DNA from: Bacteroidia bacterium
Lineage (GTDB): Bacteria; Bacteroidota; Bacteroidia; Cytophagales; Cyclobacteriaceae
Assembly (NCBI GenBank): GCA_030430325.1
Contig: JAUIFR010000001.1
Span: forward strand, 387-64,386
Direction: 5' to 3'
Length of the DNA stretch: 64,000 bases
The notes under the pieces were generated by a model. The model saw nothing but the letters and a program-made list of their open reading frames with translations. It did not search any database and was not told where the DNA came from. The translations under genes and the position numbers were made by a program. Shown in pieces: positions 8,659 through 17,574 of this stretch. Within the stretch, counting starts at the first letter, position 1. Each line of letters opens with the position of its first letter.

Positions 8659-8787
8659 TTATAGTTCTGTGTCAAGATGTCCACTACTATCTTCTTCAGA
8701 GTTTCCACCAATAACAACACTAGAATTAATTGTCTTAAAACTCTTCACCTTCAAATCCTCTAACTGTAATTTTGTTACTTTTTTCAT
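8659..8787 (-). CDS. Unannotated 42-aa peptide with a RiPP/bacteriocin-leader-like N-terminus and a GG motif
   Basis: My own translation is MKKVTKLQLEDLKVKSFKTINSSVVIGGNSEEDSSGHLDTEL. It is below the ORF-track length cutoff and lies convergent with the POP gene. Confidence 0.45.
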   Translation of the reverse strand: MKKVTKLQLEDLKVKSFKTINSSVVIGGNSEEDSSGHLDTEL

Positions 8788-9156
8788 AACTCTAAAAATT
8801 TATAATTAAAAATATATTTACTCACCAAAAACTAATGGGTTTCTAAAAGTACTAAAAAAATTGAAAAAATAATCACTTGATTACCAATTTCTCTCTTTTG
8901 TTTGAACCCTTTGTGATTGTTATATTAGTTAATACCATTATACCCTCATTTGTTACCTTACTTTTGAGAAAATTTCCCGGAAACCCCAATATTCTTTAAT
9001 AATTTATAATTAATATTAATATGATTATATATACTATAAAAACGACCAAGAATTTCACTTCCAAACTGACCCGTCTATTCGCCAAAGTAATTAATACCAT
9101 CAGGTAAATAAAGTTTTAACCCGCATTAATTTGGGATTAAAGCAAATTGCAAGAAT

Positions 9157-9462
9157 CTAAGAGGAGATCACTCCGAAGAACTCCTTCAAATTCGTAATCT
9201 TATACTGAAAATACGGGCTTCTGTTCCTGTAATGCACCTCAAAACCCAGCTGAATGAGTATATTGATATAACGATGAGCTGTTTTCTCATGTACCTTCAG
9301 GTGCTCAGCAATCTCTTTGATGGCCCTAAAATCATTGAGGTAGGCAATGAGCTTAAATATGCGTTGGATCTTGTTGTTTTTAAAGGGTTGGGATCTATTT
9401 TCCCGTATCCAGGTTCTTTTGGCGTTCAAATCATTGAAATAAGCAAAGCTATTATGATGCAT
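9157..9462 (-). CDS. Small HTH DNA-binding protein (HTH_11/DeoR-N-like)
   Basis: The sequence IKEIAEHLKVHEKTAHRYINILIQLGF has a helix-turn-helix pattern. ATG 9462 is preferred over the track TTG at 9495. Confidence 0.5.
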   Translation of the reverse strand: MHHNSFAYFNDLNAKRTWIRENRSQPFKNNKIQRIFKLIAYLNDFRAIKEIAEHLKVHEKTAHRYINILIQLGFEVHYRNRSPYFQYKITNLKEFFGVISS

Positions 9463-9609
9463 GGTATAAATATTTATTGTGTTAAATATACACAAATAAC
9501 AAATGAATCACAATACATTCTCTAAAATGATTCCCTTTTTTATAAGGTACACTTATCTACCGATTTTGCTACTGCTATCGTTGCATTAAAAAAAATGTTT
9601 TTTTTCAAA

Positions 9610-9634
9610 CTACACCTTTTACACTTTTTTCACC
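9610..9634. repeat. Left arm of a 25-nt inverted repeat bracketing ORF 9650-10678
   Basis: The sequence ctacaccttttacacttttttcacc matches the reverse complement of 10697-10721 at 24 of 25 positions. Confidence 0.85.
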
Positions 9635-9649
9635 TCACCTTAATTTATG

Positions 9650-10678
9650 CTAACGACATGCTCTCCAATCTAATTGTATTAAGTAGTCTGCCATATCCGC
9701 CCCATCCATCTGAGCTTCATTAGACGCCAATTTCTCTAACAATGTTGAAATTTTAATGGGTATTTGTAATTCGTCCTTAATTTTTTTGCCAACAGCTTCC
9801 CATTCATCAAATGTTTTCCCGTTTTTTGATAAATCTGGAAACAAGAATACATTTCTGTTTTTCAAAGCTCTACATTTTTCGACGGTTAATCCTTTATTAT
9901 TGAAAGTTGATAGCCATAGTATGTTATCTTTATTTTCAGGAAATCCAAAATATAACGTTGCATAAATGGCCGTTTTTGGTGCTTCAACCAAACCTATGGG
10001 ATTAGTCGGATATGCTTTGAGTAGGTGTTCTCCAAACAAGCATGTGATTAATCTTTCATTCTTTAAGTATTCAGTGAGCCATTCGGGTACACTATTATTC
10101 ATGTTTTGACATCGCTTAGCTAGAATACTGTGAATAAAATTGGTATGTTTGGTGCTGTTTTTATCATCAAATTGTTTTACCTGGATAGCTCTAATATTAT
10201 TATCAGCATCAATAAATGGAAATGTAGTGGCACCAACTACCCGATTGTAGGTTATTGTACCAATCTGGTATTGCTTAACCACCCGATCTATATCTGATTG
10301 TACAAATGGGAATGGAGCTTTCTTCAATAAGTATTGAACAAACCTATTTTCCTTGTAGCCTTCAAGTTGCTGCGTTGAGTTAAGAATTTTATGCGGAACA
10401 AAAGCTGTGTGTTTTTTTCTCACTTGCTTAACCATTGGCTTACTTGATTGGCTCAAATAATAGTTTTCTTCTTTATACTTTTCTTTAGCATAGCCTTCTT
10501 TGTAAGGGTTGAGGTAATGACCGCAATTTATTTCCCTGTCACAGCGTCCATATTTATCTGGAAGAGCCGCCCCTGTGAGATTATCAACATACCTTACCCA
10601 AGACCGCTTAGTGTTGCAAAAAGGACATGTTAGCTTTTTGAAGGGTGGTTTTGAATTTAAACTATATCTGTATTCCAT
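9650..10678 (-). CDS. Zinc-finger plus Toprim-like protein (possible element primase; tentatively DUF6371-like)
   Basis: The N-terminus has CPFC...GRCDREINCGH. Toprim-like motifs are GLVEAPKTAIYA and VFLFPDLS. It lies next to the P4-type helicase gene. Confidence 0.45.
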   Translation of the reverse strand: MEYRYSLNSKPPFKKLTCPFCNTKRSWVRYVDNLTGAALPDKYGRCDREINCGHYLNPYKEGYAKEKYKEENYYLSQSSKPMVKQVRKKHTAFVPHKILNSTQQLEGYKENRFVQYLLKKAPFPFVQSDIDRVVKQYQIGTITYNRVVGATTFPFIDADNNIRAIQVKQFDDKNSTKHTNFIHSILAKRCQNMNNSVPEWLTEYLKNERLITCLFGEHLLKAYPTNPIGLVEAPKTAIYATLYFGFPENKDNILWLSTFNNKGLTVEKCRALKNRNVFLFPDLSKNGKTFDEWEAVGKKIKDELQIPIKISTLLEKLASNEAQMDGADMADYLIQLDWRACR

Positions 10679-10696
10679 AATATATTTGATGTATTT

Positions 10697-10721
10697 GGTG
10701 AAAAAAGTGTAAGAGGTGTAG
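10697..10721. repeat. Right arm of the 25-nt inverted repeat
   Basis: The sequence is ggtgaaaaaagtgtaagaggtgtag. Confidence 0.85.
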
Positions 10722-10736
10722 CTTATTTAGAAACAA

Positions 10737-12269
10737 TTATTTTTTTACATAGGCTACATATCCTATATTTATTCGAGTGACATCAATACCTAACTGGCGT
10801 AAACGTTTTGTAAAATTGGTTTTCTTTACCGGAGTATTCCCATCTTCACTGCAATAGATTCTGTAATTGACATATAGCTCTTTAAGCGTAATGTAATGTG
10901 TTGGACTTTTTTCATATTCTGAGTCTGAAATGAACATAGCAACACTATCAGATTGCAATTTGTACTCATCAAGAACTTTAGTGATTTTGTCAGACCTTGT
11001 AAAACCTTTTTGTATTAATAGTCTTTTCAATCCCCCGAGCACCCAGTTAAACACTCCAGGAAGCTCATCTTGTATAATTTTAGTGTGCAAGTTCTGATCT
11101 TGTTCTTTTTCTGGAATAGTAGCTTCAAATGGGATGATCAAAAACCTTCTAAAAAATGCGTTGGTTTGCTCAACGTCCTTTGGGAGCTCATTACAATTAA
11201 AGATCAACTTAGCATACTGATTAATTGACAAAGGGTCTTTATAGGGTAATCTCACGCCTACAGGTTCTCCCGATACTATTTGCTTGAAAATATCCGTATT
11301 CATTTTGCTATTTATTTCACTAGCATAGTTTACTAACTTATTAGCAATCTTAGCCCTATGATACCCATTTGTATCGGTTAATTCTTGTAAGGAGAAGTGG
11401 CTGATATTTTCTTTTCCTAGCAGTGCATTAACTATTTCAAAAAACACTGATTTTCCATTCGCACCTGTGCCATATAAGATGAGTGCTTTTTCCATTTTTA
11501 GTTTATCGTTGCCATGGCGAAGAAAAACATACCCCAAGTACTCCGCAAGAATATCCTGTAAGCTCTTATCAGGCAGTACACGATCTAAATAGTGTTCAAA
11601 TTGAGGTGCTTTTGCATGGGGGTCATACCCAAAAGAAAGTTGATAGGTTAGAAAATCAGCTGGGTCAAACATCCTAATAGTTGTATTATTAGCTGATATT
11701 TCAAAGGTGCCGTTCTGCAAGTTGATTAATACCAACTCATTGGGGATATCTGGTTTAGTTAAATAAGTATCTGAGAGAAACTGCTTAAACAATTGCTCTT
11801 TAAAATTAAAGTGTTTGGAGGTATACTTTTCTATCCCCATCTTTTCAGCTGCCCTACCTAGAAAGTGCTGTATAGCTTCCTTCTCTGCCTCGACCCAATA
11901 GGTTCCATTGTACATGTAAATAACATCATTGTTTTTACACAAACCCCAATTTTTATCTTTGGCAATTTTTAAGATTTGATCAATGGCGATAACTAAGTGG
12001 TGTTTGGTTCGAAGCTTGCATTTGCTCAACTGAGCTTTAAGCTGAATAGCTTCATTGCTGTCCGGATCTAAATACATTAACTGCTTTCGAAGTTTAAATG
12101 ACTCTGGAAAAGCCAGGCCTTCAAAATCAACTTTCTCTATCTGCTCGAGTAATCGGTCTAATATCTCACGATGTGGCACAGGCTTAGTCAGATCTACTAA
12201 TGTATTTATATGATTTTTAAATGTATTCGGGTCATTCAGTGAGACTATTTTTTCATTATTTTTATTCAT
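10737..12269 (-). CDS. Phage/plasmid primase, P4 family C-terminal / D5-like SF3 helicase
   Basis: The 510-aa protein has Walker A YGTGANGKS and the D5_N-like and P4-primase C-terminal layout. Confidence 0.75.
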   Translation of the reverse strand: MNKNNEKIVSLNDPNTFKNHINTLVDLTKPVPHREILDRLLEQIEKVDFEGLAFPESFKLRKQLMYLDPDSNEAIQLKAQLSKCKLRTKHHLVIAIDQILKIAKDKNWGLCKNNDVIYMYNGTYWVEAEKEAIQHFLGRAAEKMGIEKYTSKHFNFKEQLFKQFLSDTYLTKPDIPNELVLINLQNGTFEISANNTTIRMFDPADFLTYQLSFGYDPHAKAPQFEHYLDRVLPDKSLQDILAEYLGYVFLRHGNDKLKMEKALILYGTGANGKSVFFEIVNALLGKENISHFSLQELTDTNGYHRAKIANKLVNYASEINSKMNTDIFKQIVSGEPVGVRLPYKDPLSINQYAKLIFNCNELPKDVEQTNAFFRRFLIIPFEATIPEKEQDQNLHTKIIQDELPGVFNWVLGGLKRLLIQKGFTRSDKITKVLDEYKLQSDSVAMFISDSEYEKSPTHYITLKELYVNYRIYCSEDGNTPVKKTNFTKRLRQLGIDVTRINIGYVAYVKK

Positions 12270-12564
12270 GATTTCCAGTATTTAAGGGTGAGTTTGAGGT
12301 ATTAGTTGGTTGGGAAGTATAAAACTTAACTTTCCGCTTTGTAATTGGGCAAGTGTGATCTCCTAAATAAAATAGCAGATTATTTTGGACAAACTCAGCC
12401 ACATACCTGTAAATGTTTCCTCTTAGAATCTTTGTGCGTATTGCAACGGCCAATACCGAGTTCGGACAATGCTTAAACTCTTTCAGAACCCGTTTCTTTT
12501 GCGAGATAAAATGCTTATCTTTACTCTTGAAGCTTTTTTTGGGTGTATTATGATTTCTGCTCAT
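12262..12564 (-). CDS. Small basic hypothetical protein
   Basis: The 100-aa ORF is translationally coupled on both sides, overlapping its neighbours by 8 nt and 4 nt. Confidence 0.45.
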   Translation of the reverse strand: MSRNHNTPKKSFKSKDKHFISQKKRVLKEFKHCPNSVLAVAIRTKILRGNIYRYVAEFVQNNLLFYLGDHTCPITKRKVKFYTSQPTNTSNSPLNTGNHE

Positions 12565-12908
12565 GATACACCTCCTTTTTTACTGGTTAAGTATGCTTCG
12601 GCCTCTTCCTGTATCTCCTCATTTGTCTTTTTTCGACCTTCTTTGAGGTAATTTATCAAATCTTCTTGGGCAAAGTATAATTTTTTACCTCGCTTCATGA
12701 ATGGGATTTCATGATTACTTGTTTTAGTGTAAATTGTAGCGACTGCTAGGTTCAGAAATTTTGCTGCTTGTTTTACATTTAACAATTTATTGGGATCAGA
12801 ACCTGATTCATTTAGGTTTTGAAGTAGAATTCTCTCAATTAATTCCACTTTTTCGACAAGATTACTTACCGCCTGGGGTAAATAATCAAATGTTAAATTA
12901 TTTTTTGA
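12561..12908 (-). CDS. Excisionase/MerR-type HTH (HTH_17) protein
   Basis: The sequence is LNVKQAAKFLNLAVATIYTKTSNHEIPFMKRGKKLYFAQEDLINYL. The internal ATG at 12908 is preferred as the start. Confidence 0.6.
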   Translation of the reverse strand, partial: SKNNLTFDYLPQAVSNLVEKVELIERILLQNLNESGSDPNKLLNVKQAAKFLNLAVATIYTKTSNHEIPFMKRGKKLYFAQEDLINYLKEGRKKTNEEIQEEAEAYLTSKKGGVS

Positions 12909-13006
12909 CATATTTTGAAAATATTTATGCCACAAAATAACTTTCAAAAGCAGGTACCATTCAAGACCTTTTTTGGACACATGTCCTAAAAAGGGCCTAG
13001 TTTATT

Positions 13007-13933
13007 TTATAAATCTTTCTCTTTATTTATGGTTTGATTTGTCTTGAAAGGTAACCAATCTAAATCATTCAATATCCTATTATTTTTACTTGGAACTTTA
13101 CCTGATTTCCCCAATAAACATTGATAAACGGTATCGGAGTTTAAAGGAGTTGCTTTCTTCTTTTTGGCGGAATAATAATTAAAATAGTTGCACAACCAGT
13201 CTCTAATTTCAACAAAGCTGTTAGAGATATGATTATTATATTTTAAGCGTCTAAATACTTCAGCAATTATATTTTGATTGCCTTGAAATACTAGCTTAGT
13301 AGATATGGTCTCACCATTAATTGCTTGTAATAAATCTTGTTCGCGGTCTGGAAAATACTTTTTGAATTCATCATAAAAAAAGTTTAGTATATTTTGCTTA
13401 TAAAATCTAATTTTATGAATATTTTCATCTGAAGTTTTCGTATTTGTATGCTCATTCCATGGAGGCTCAACTTTGTTTATTTTCCTCTCTTCTTCAGTGC
13501 TGTATGGATTAAGTGAATCAAGAAATTCAGCTTTCCAAAATTCACAAAATTTTATAACTTCTTTAAAAATTTCCTTCTTATTATGGCTATATTCATTTTT
13601 ACAAATAAAAATCGTGTGCCGCAGCCAATCTTTATGTGCTTTATAAGTATTATAATAATCACCCTTAACTTTTTCATACCCGGCTCCAAGTTTCTCAGCA
13701 TAAAGACATAGTTGTTCTTCAAGAAAATGTTCTAATTTTCTTATATCTTGAAAATAACTTACTTTTTCTAGAAAGCATTCATTGTTTTCAGGAATCCATA
13801 AATGTCCATACCATTTTCGATCAAATTCTAACTTGATAAATGATTCTGGACTCATACTATCTGCAAAATTTTCAATATGAGCTAGATTTCTCCTATCTAA
13901 TAATGAGTAATAAGTTATTTCTCGGTTTTTCAT
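13007..13933 (-). CDS. Hypothetical protein, tentatively RteC-like regulator
   Basis: The C-terminal pattern KLVFQGNQNIIAEVFRRLKYNNHIS...FVEIRDW resembles the RteC domain as I recall it. ATG 13933 (MKNREITYY) is preferred, because the track start would run into the tRNA. Confidence 0.35.
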   Translation of the reverse strand: MKNREITYYSLLDRRNLAHIENFADSMSPESFIKLEFDRKWYGHLWIPENNECFLEKVSYFQDIRKLEHFLEEQLCLYAEKLGAGYEKVKGDYYNTYKAHKDWLRHTIFICKNEYSHNKKEIFKEVIKFCEFWKAEFLDSLNPYSTEEERKINKVEPPWNEHTNTKTSDENIHKIRFYKQNILNFFYDEFKKYFPDREQDLLQAINGETISTKLVFQGNQNIIAEVFRRLKYNNHISNSFVEIRDWLCNYFNYYSAKKKKATPLNSDTVYQCLLGKSGKVPSKNNRILNDLDWLPFKTNQTINKEKDL

Positions 13934-14027
13934 AATAAGAATCAATATAAACCAAAATGTATGTGCATTTGTATGTACACAAAAAAACCACTCACCGAAC
14001 TGCTTCTGTAAGTGGTTAAATCTCAAG

Positions 14028-14100
<73 letters not shown>

Positions 14101-14306
14101 GCCTAATTGGCTTGCAAAGATAGGAGATATTACCTAAATACTCCAAATTTTTTTTGAATTTTCTTTACCAATTTAATATGGTCCAAAAATGCACTAAAGA
14201 GTAGCTCTGAAAAATGTCTAAATTCCTTACGGCTGTTTAATTTGGGCCGAACCCGATTATCAACTTTATCGTGTCAACCGTATTTTTGCACAAACCTTTG
14301 AAGCAT

Positions 14307-14609
14307 ATGATTCGTAGTGTTTCGTTCCACTTATTCTGGGTGGCTTTGTTTTTTATATTTTTGTTGTTTATCGTTGCACTCTCAGGCAATTTACAGTGGA
14401 GTGAAGGCCGCTTAGCAGGTGCCATTGGCATAATCATCACAGCTCTGCACTTGTCTGGCCTTGCCTATGGTTTTATAGAGATTAAGGCGCATCAAAATAT
14501 AATCAATGGGGTGGGTCTACTCGGCAATGCGTTTATTTTCATCGTTTACTGTTACTGGCTAGTGACTTTTGTTGATAAATTGGCAAGTGGTAAAGGGGGC
14601 CTGTTTTAA
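14307..14609 (+). CDS. Small multi-pass membrane protein
   Basis: It has three hydrophobic segments. The track start is GTG 14271; ATG 14307 is the alternative. Confidence 0.5.
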   Translation: MIRSVSFHLFWVALFFIFLLFIVALSGNLQWSEGRLAGAIGIIITALHLSGLAYGFIEIKAHQNIINGVGLLGNAFIFIVYCYWLVTFVDKLASGKGGLF

Positions 14610-14681
14610 CTAAAAATTATCTTGCCTTCGCTCTTACCAATCTAACTTCCTATTTCCCATAAAAATCATCATCTTTGATGC

Positions 14682-15605
14682 ATGAATGCAAAACCTCCCA
14701 TTCACATAAGGCCCGTTCCAACCCATTCAAAATGGCCTTGTCAGCATTTATACAATAGTTGTGCCTATCATCAAGCTCATTTTCAATCAGCATCTTATGG
14801 TCTTGCATTGTTACGTGGGGAGCAAGTTGTGGGGCAAATATTTTTTACTCAGGAGAACGATCAAGCTATTTCCTTACCAAAAGCCCCATTTGGAGGGATG
14901 GAATGGTATGATGATTTTACTGAGGATGAATTAAAACAATGGCTGGATCTAATTCAGGGTCATTTGGCGCCAAAAATCACTAATTTATTACTGAAAAACC
15001 CAGCCTCAATTTATGATAAGAACTTAGAAATGGTAGAACTGGTGCTAGCTCAAAGAGGCACACAGATTGAGCAAGCTATTAATCATCATATTCCAATTAA
15101 AAATGTAGAGCTACCATCATTTGCTCCCATGCAGCAGAGGCGGTGGAGGAAATGCCAGCAGGCCGGGTTTAAATTTTCACAAGAGCCTATTAGTCAGGTT
15201 GAAATCGTCTATCAGTTCATTCTAAATGCTCGCCATGACAAAAATATCCCAGTGAATATCTCTTACCAGCAGCTTCAAAAAAACTTGAAAGCAATGCCAA
15301 CGAGTTATACGTTTTTTACTGTAAAGCATAATCAAGAAATAATTGCTGCTACAGTAGCCATATGTGTCAATCAGCACGTATTGTACCATTTTCTACCAGC
15401 AAGCCTAACGTCCTATAATGTTTTTAGCCCTATGGTTTTTTTACTAGGTAATTTGTATCAGTATGCCCAGCAAAACCTTTATCAATATATTGACTTGGGG
15501 GTGTCTACACTAAACCACGCTCCCCAAACTTCACTCATCGATTTTAAAGAACGCATAGGCGGTGTGCCTACCACTAAAACTACTTGGCAATTGGATTTAA
15601 TTTAA
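14682..15605 (+). CDS. GNAT/FemAB-fold acyltransferase-like protein
   Basis: The 307-aa length and overall pattern resemble FemAB/BioF2-like acetyltransferase-fold proteins. This is a weak call. Confidence 0.4.
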   Translation: MNAKPPIHIRPVPTHSKWPCQHLYNSCAYHQAHFQSASYGLALLRGEQVVGQIFFTQENDQAISLPKAPFGGMEWYDDFTEDELKQWLDLIQGHLAPKITNLLLKNPASIYDKNLEMVELVLAQRGTQIEQAINHHIPIKNVELPSFAPMQQRRWRKCQQAGFKFSQEPISQVEIVYQFILNARHDKNIPVNISYQQLQKNLKAMPTSYTFFTVKHNQEIIAATVAICVNQHVLYHFLPASLTSYNVFSPMVFLLGNLYQYAQQNLYQYIDLGVSTLNHAPQTSLIDFKERIGGVPTTKTTWQLDLI

Positions 15606-15677
15606 ATTTTCGAAATTTTTTTGTATATTATCATAACATTTGCCTAAAAAGATACATTAATATATAAAGCCCTTAGA

Positions 15678-16394
15678 TTGATTATTGACACCATCATCGG
15701 TATACCGGGTAAGTGGGATTCCCCCTACGAAACCCTGAGTAGTGCTGTAGGTCAGCACTGTGACTGGGAGTGGAACGCCCAATCCTGTTCCTTTTTGAAC
15801 CGAGAACATAACGAGGTGGTGCGTGTTGAGATGTACGCGCACAATGCAAATTTGTGGGAGGCGTATCATTATGCAGGGAGGCAAACCATTTCCGAAACAG
15901 AGCTTATTGAACTACGTAATCACACGAATACCATTTATCTTATTGCAAAAGGAGGTAGCCTTAAGCGGCTAGATTTGATCTTTCAACTGTCAAATATCAT
16001 TTTAGATCAAGGAGGTCTGGCCTTGAAGGTCGAGACGGCTGGTAAAGCATTTAATGCATTGAACTGGCAATTACTCGCACAAAGCGAAAACCCCCTAAAA
16101 TATTTTGATGCCTTTACACGACTAGAAGAAGATGATATCGATTTGTACACGGTCGGTATGCAAAATCTGGGATTTAAAGATATGTCGGTAGTGAAGAGTG
16201 ATCGAAGTAGCAAGGTGACGCTGATTGAGAGCTTTGTGTTTTATCAAATATTGGAATCTCCTAAAATTGAAGAAGGCGACTATTTCTGTGCATTTAAAAA
16301 TGCCCCTGTGTACCAATTGTATCATGAGCCATCGATGTTCGAAAAGGACGATTTGCTGCATAATCCTTGGGGTATGTGGAGGTTGAGGCAGTAA
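15678..16394 (+). CDS. Hypothetical protein
   Basis: The 238-aa ORF has a TTG start in the track, and the true start is uncertain. Confidence 0.5.
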   Translation: MIIDTIIGIPGKWDSPYETLSSAVGQHCDWEWNAQSCSFLNREHNEVVRVEMYAHNANLWEAYHYAGRQTISETELIELRNHTNTIYLIAKGGSLKRLDLIFQLSNIILDQGGLALKVETAGKAFNALNWQLLAQSENPLKYFDAFTRLEEDDIDLYTVGMQNLGFKDMSVVKSDRSSKVTLIESFVFYQILESPKIEEGDYFCAFKNAPVYQLYHEPSMFEKDDLLHNPWGMWRLRQ

Positions 16395-16610
16395 GGTTTT
16401 TAGTTTTAAATAGTTTTTTTTATTGTATTTTTTTAATACTCGCTTTAATTTCATACTTTAAATTCAAAAATATTCCAAAAAAATCCATTTTAAAACCCAA
16501 ACAACTAAAAGTAATCAACAAAATGAAAATATCGATAAAGTAATATAAGTAATTTATAATCAATTATATAAATCAAAAAAGGTAACAAAGCGGATAGCCA
16601 TGATAAAATA

Positions 16611-16633
16611 AACAAATTTAGCAAAATTTATTT
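16611..16633. repeat. Copy of the dispersed AT-rich palindromic intergenic element
   Basis: The sequence aacaaatttagcaaaatttattt lies just downstream of minus-strand gene 16644-17522. Confidence 0.5.
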
Positions 16634-16643
16634 AAAATATTAT

Positions 16644-17522
16644 TCAATCTCCCATTTCACTAAGGAGTTGTAAAAACTCGTGGTAGGAATGGACCTTGAG
16701 GATGGCATCGTTTATATTTTCAAAATTTAAAATAGGCTGGCCAGTAATGATCACTTTTTTGTCATTAAATGATGTTAAGAGGCCATGCATATACCGGCTG
16801 TACTCTTCCATCGAGACATTTAGTATAAAAGAAAGCAAGACATAATCAACAGATTGTATGCGGGGTAGGTTCATGATCTCCTCTAATGGTACAGATTGAC
16901 CCAAATAGATTACTGGGAAGTTTCGTTTTTTCAGAATATAATTTACAAACAAAAGGCCTAATTCGTGCCACTCATGCTCAGGCAAAATCAATAAAAAACT
17001 CGGTTTCTTGGTGCTAGGCAATAGTTGCTGATCATTGATGGCCACATAGAGCTTTTGCCGAATCAAATTAAAAATAAAATGCTCCTGCGCCGGTATGATA
17101 CTCCCAATTTGCCATAAAACTCCAATTCGATGCATAAAGGGGAACACATAATTCACAAAGGTAATTTCCATGCCATGGGCCATAATTAACCTATTAAATA
17201 TGCGTTCAAACAACTGCTCGTCTAACTCGATCATTGCCAATATAAGTCCCTCAATTGCAGATGCTTGATTGGTAGGGCTTACAGCGTATTTTAACACCTC
17301 AAGCCTGATTTCATCCGTGCTTAACTTTGATATATTAGAGATTTTGATGCCTTGCTTATTAAGAATGGCTATATTTAAAATAAGCTTTAAGTCTTTATCC
17401 GAATAGTATCGTATATTGCTATCTGTTCGCATAGGGTTGAATATGCCGTAACGCTTCTCCCACATCCGGATGGTATGTGACTTTATGCCACTTAAATTTG
17501 CTAAATCTCTAATCGAATACAT
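16644..17522 (-). CDS. MerR-family regulator with a C-terminal cobalamin-binding-like domain (CarH/LitR-like)
   Basis: MYSIRDLANLSGIKSHTIRMWEKRYG is a MerR HTH. EWHELG fits the xHxxG B12-binding motif. An alternative start is at 17540. Confidence 0.75.
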   Translation of the reverse strand: MYSIRDLANLSGIKSHTIRMWEKRYGIFNPMRTDSNIRYYSDKDLKLILNIAILNKQGIKISNISKLSTDEIRLEVLKYAVSPTNQASAIEGLILAMIELDEQLFERIFNRLIMAHGMEITFVNYVFPFMHRIGVLWQIGSIIPAQEHFIFNLIRQKLYVAINDQQLLPSTKKPSFLLILPEHEWHELGLLFVNYILKKRNFPVIYLGQSVPLEEIMNLPRIQSVDYVLLSFILNVSMEEYSRYMHGLLTSFNDKKVIITGQPILNFENINDAILKVHSYHEFLQLLSEMGD

Positions 17523-17574
17523 GATTAAACAACTATTCATTATTATTGTTCAAAATTAAGTAAAATGTATAGAA

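Larger units (their letters stand above)
9157..14027 (-). mobile_element. Integrated element remnant 3' of tRNA-Thr (replication and regulatory genes only, no recombinase)
   Basis: It abuts the 3' end of tRNA-Thr. It carries a P4/D5-type primase-helicase, a zinc-finger/Toprim-like protein, an excisionase-type HTH and an RteC-like protein. The left boundary is not defined. Confidence 0.5.

Noticed and set aside
6540-8787. Direct RiPP logic in which the prolyl oligopeptidase matures the adjacent GG-leader peptide
   Set aside because: The peptide contains no proline, the usual S9A cleavage site, and the genes are convergent rather than co-oriented. I kept this only as a low-certainty part of the module hypothesis.
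8790-9156. Search for an attR copy of the tRNA-Thr 3' end or an integrase remnant at the presumed left end of the element
   Set aside because: Reading both strands showed no match of 8 nt or more to agccccctgccggggtcgaacc and no recombinase-like frame. The boundary therefore stays undefined.
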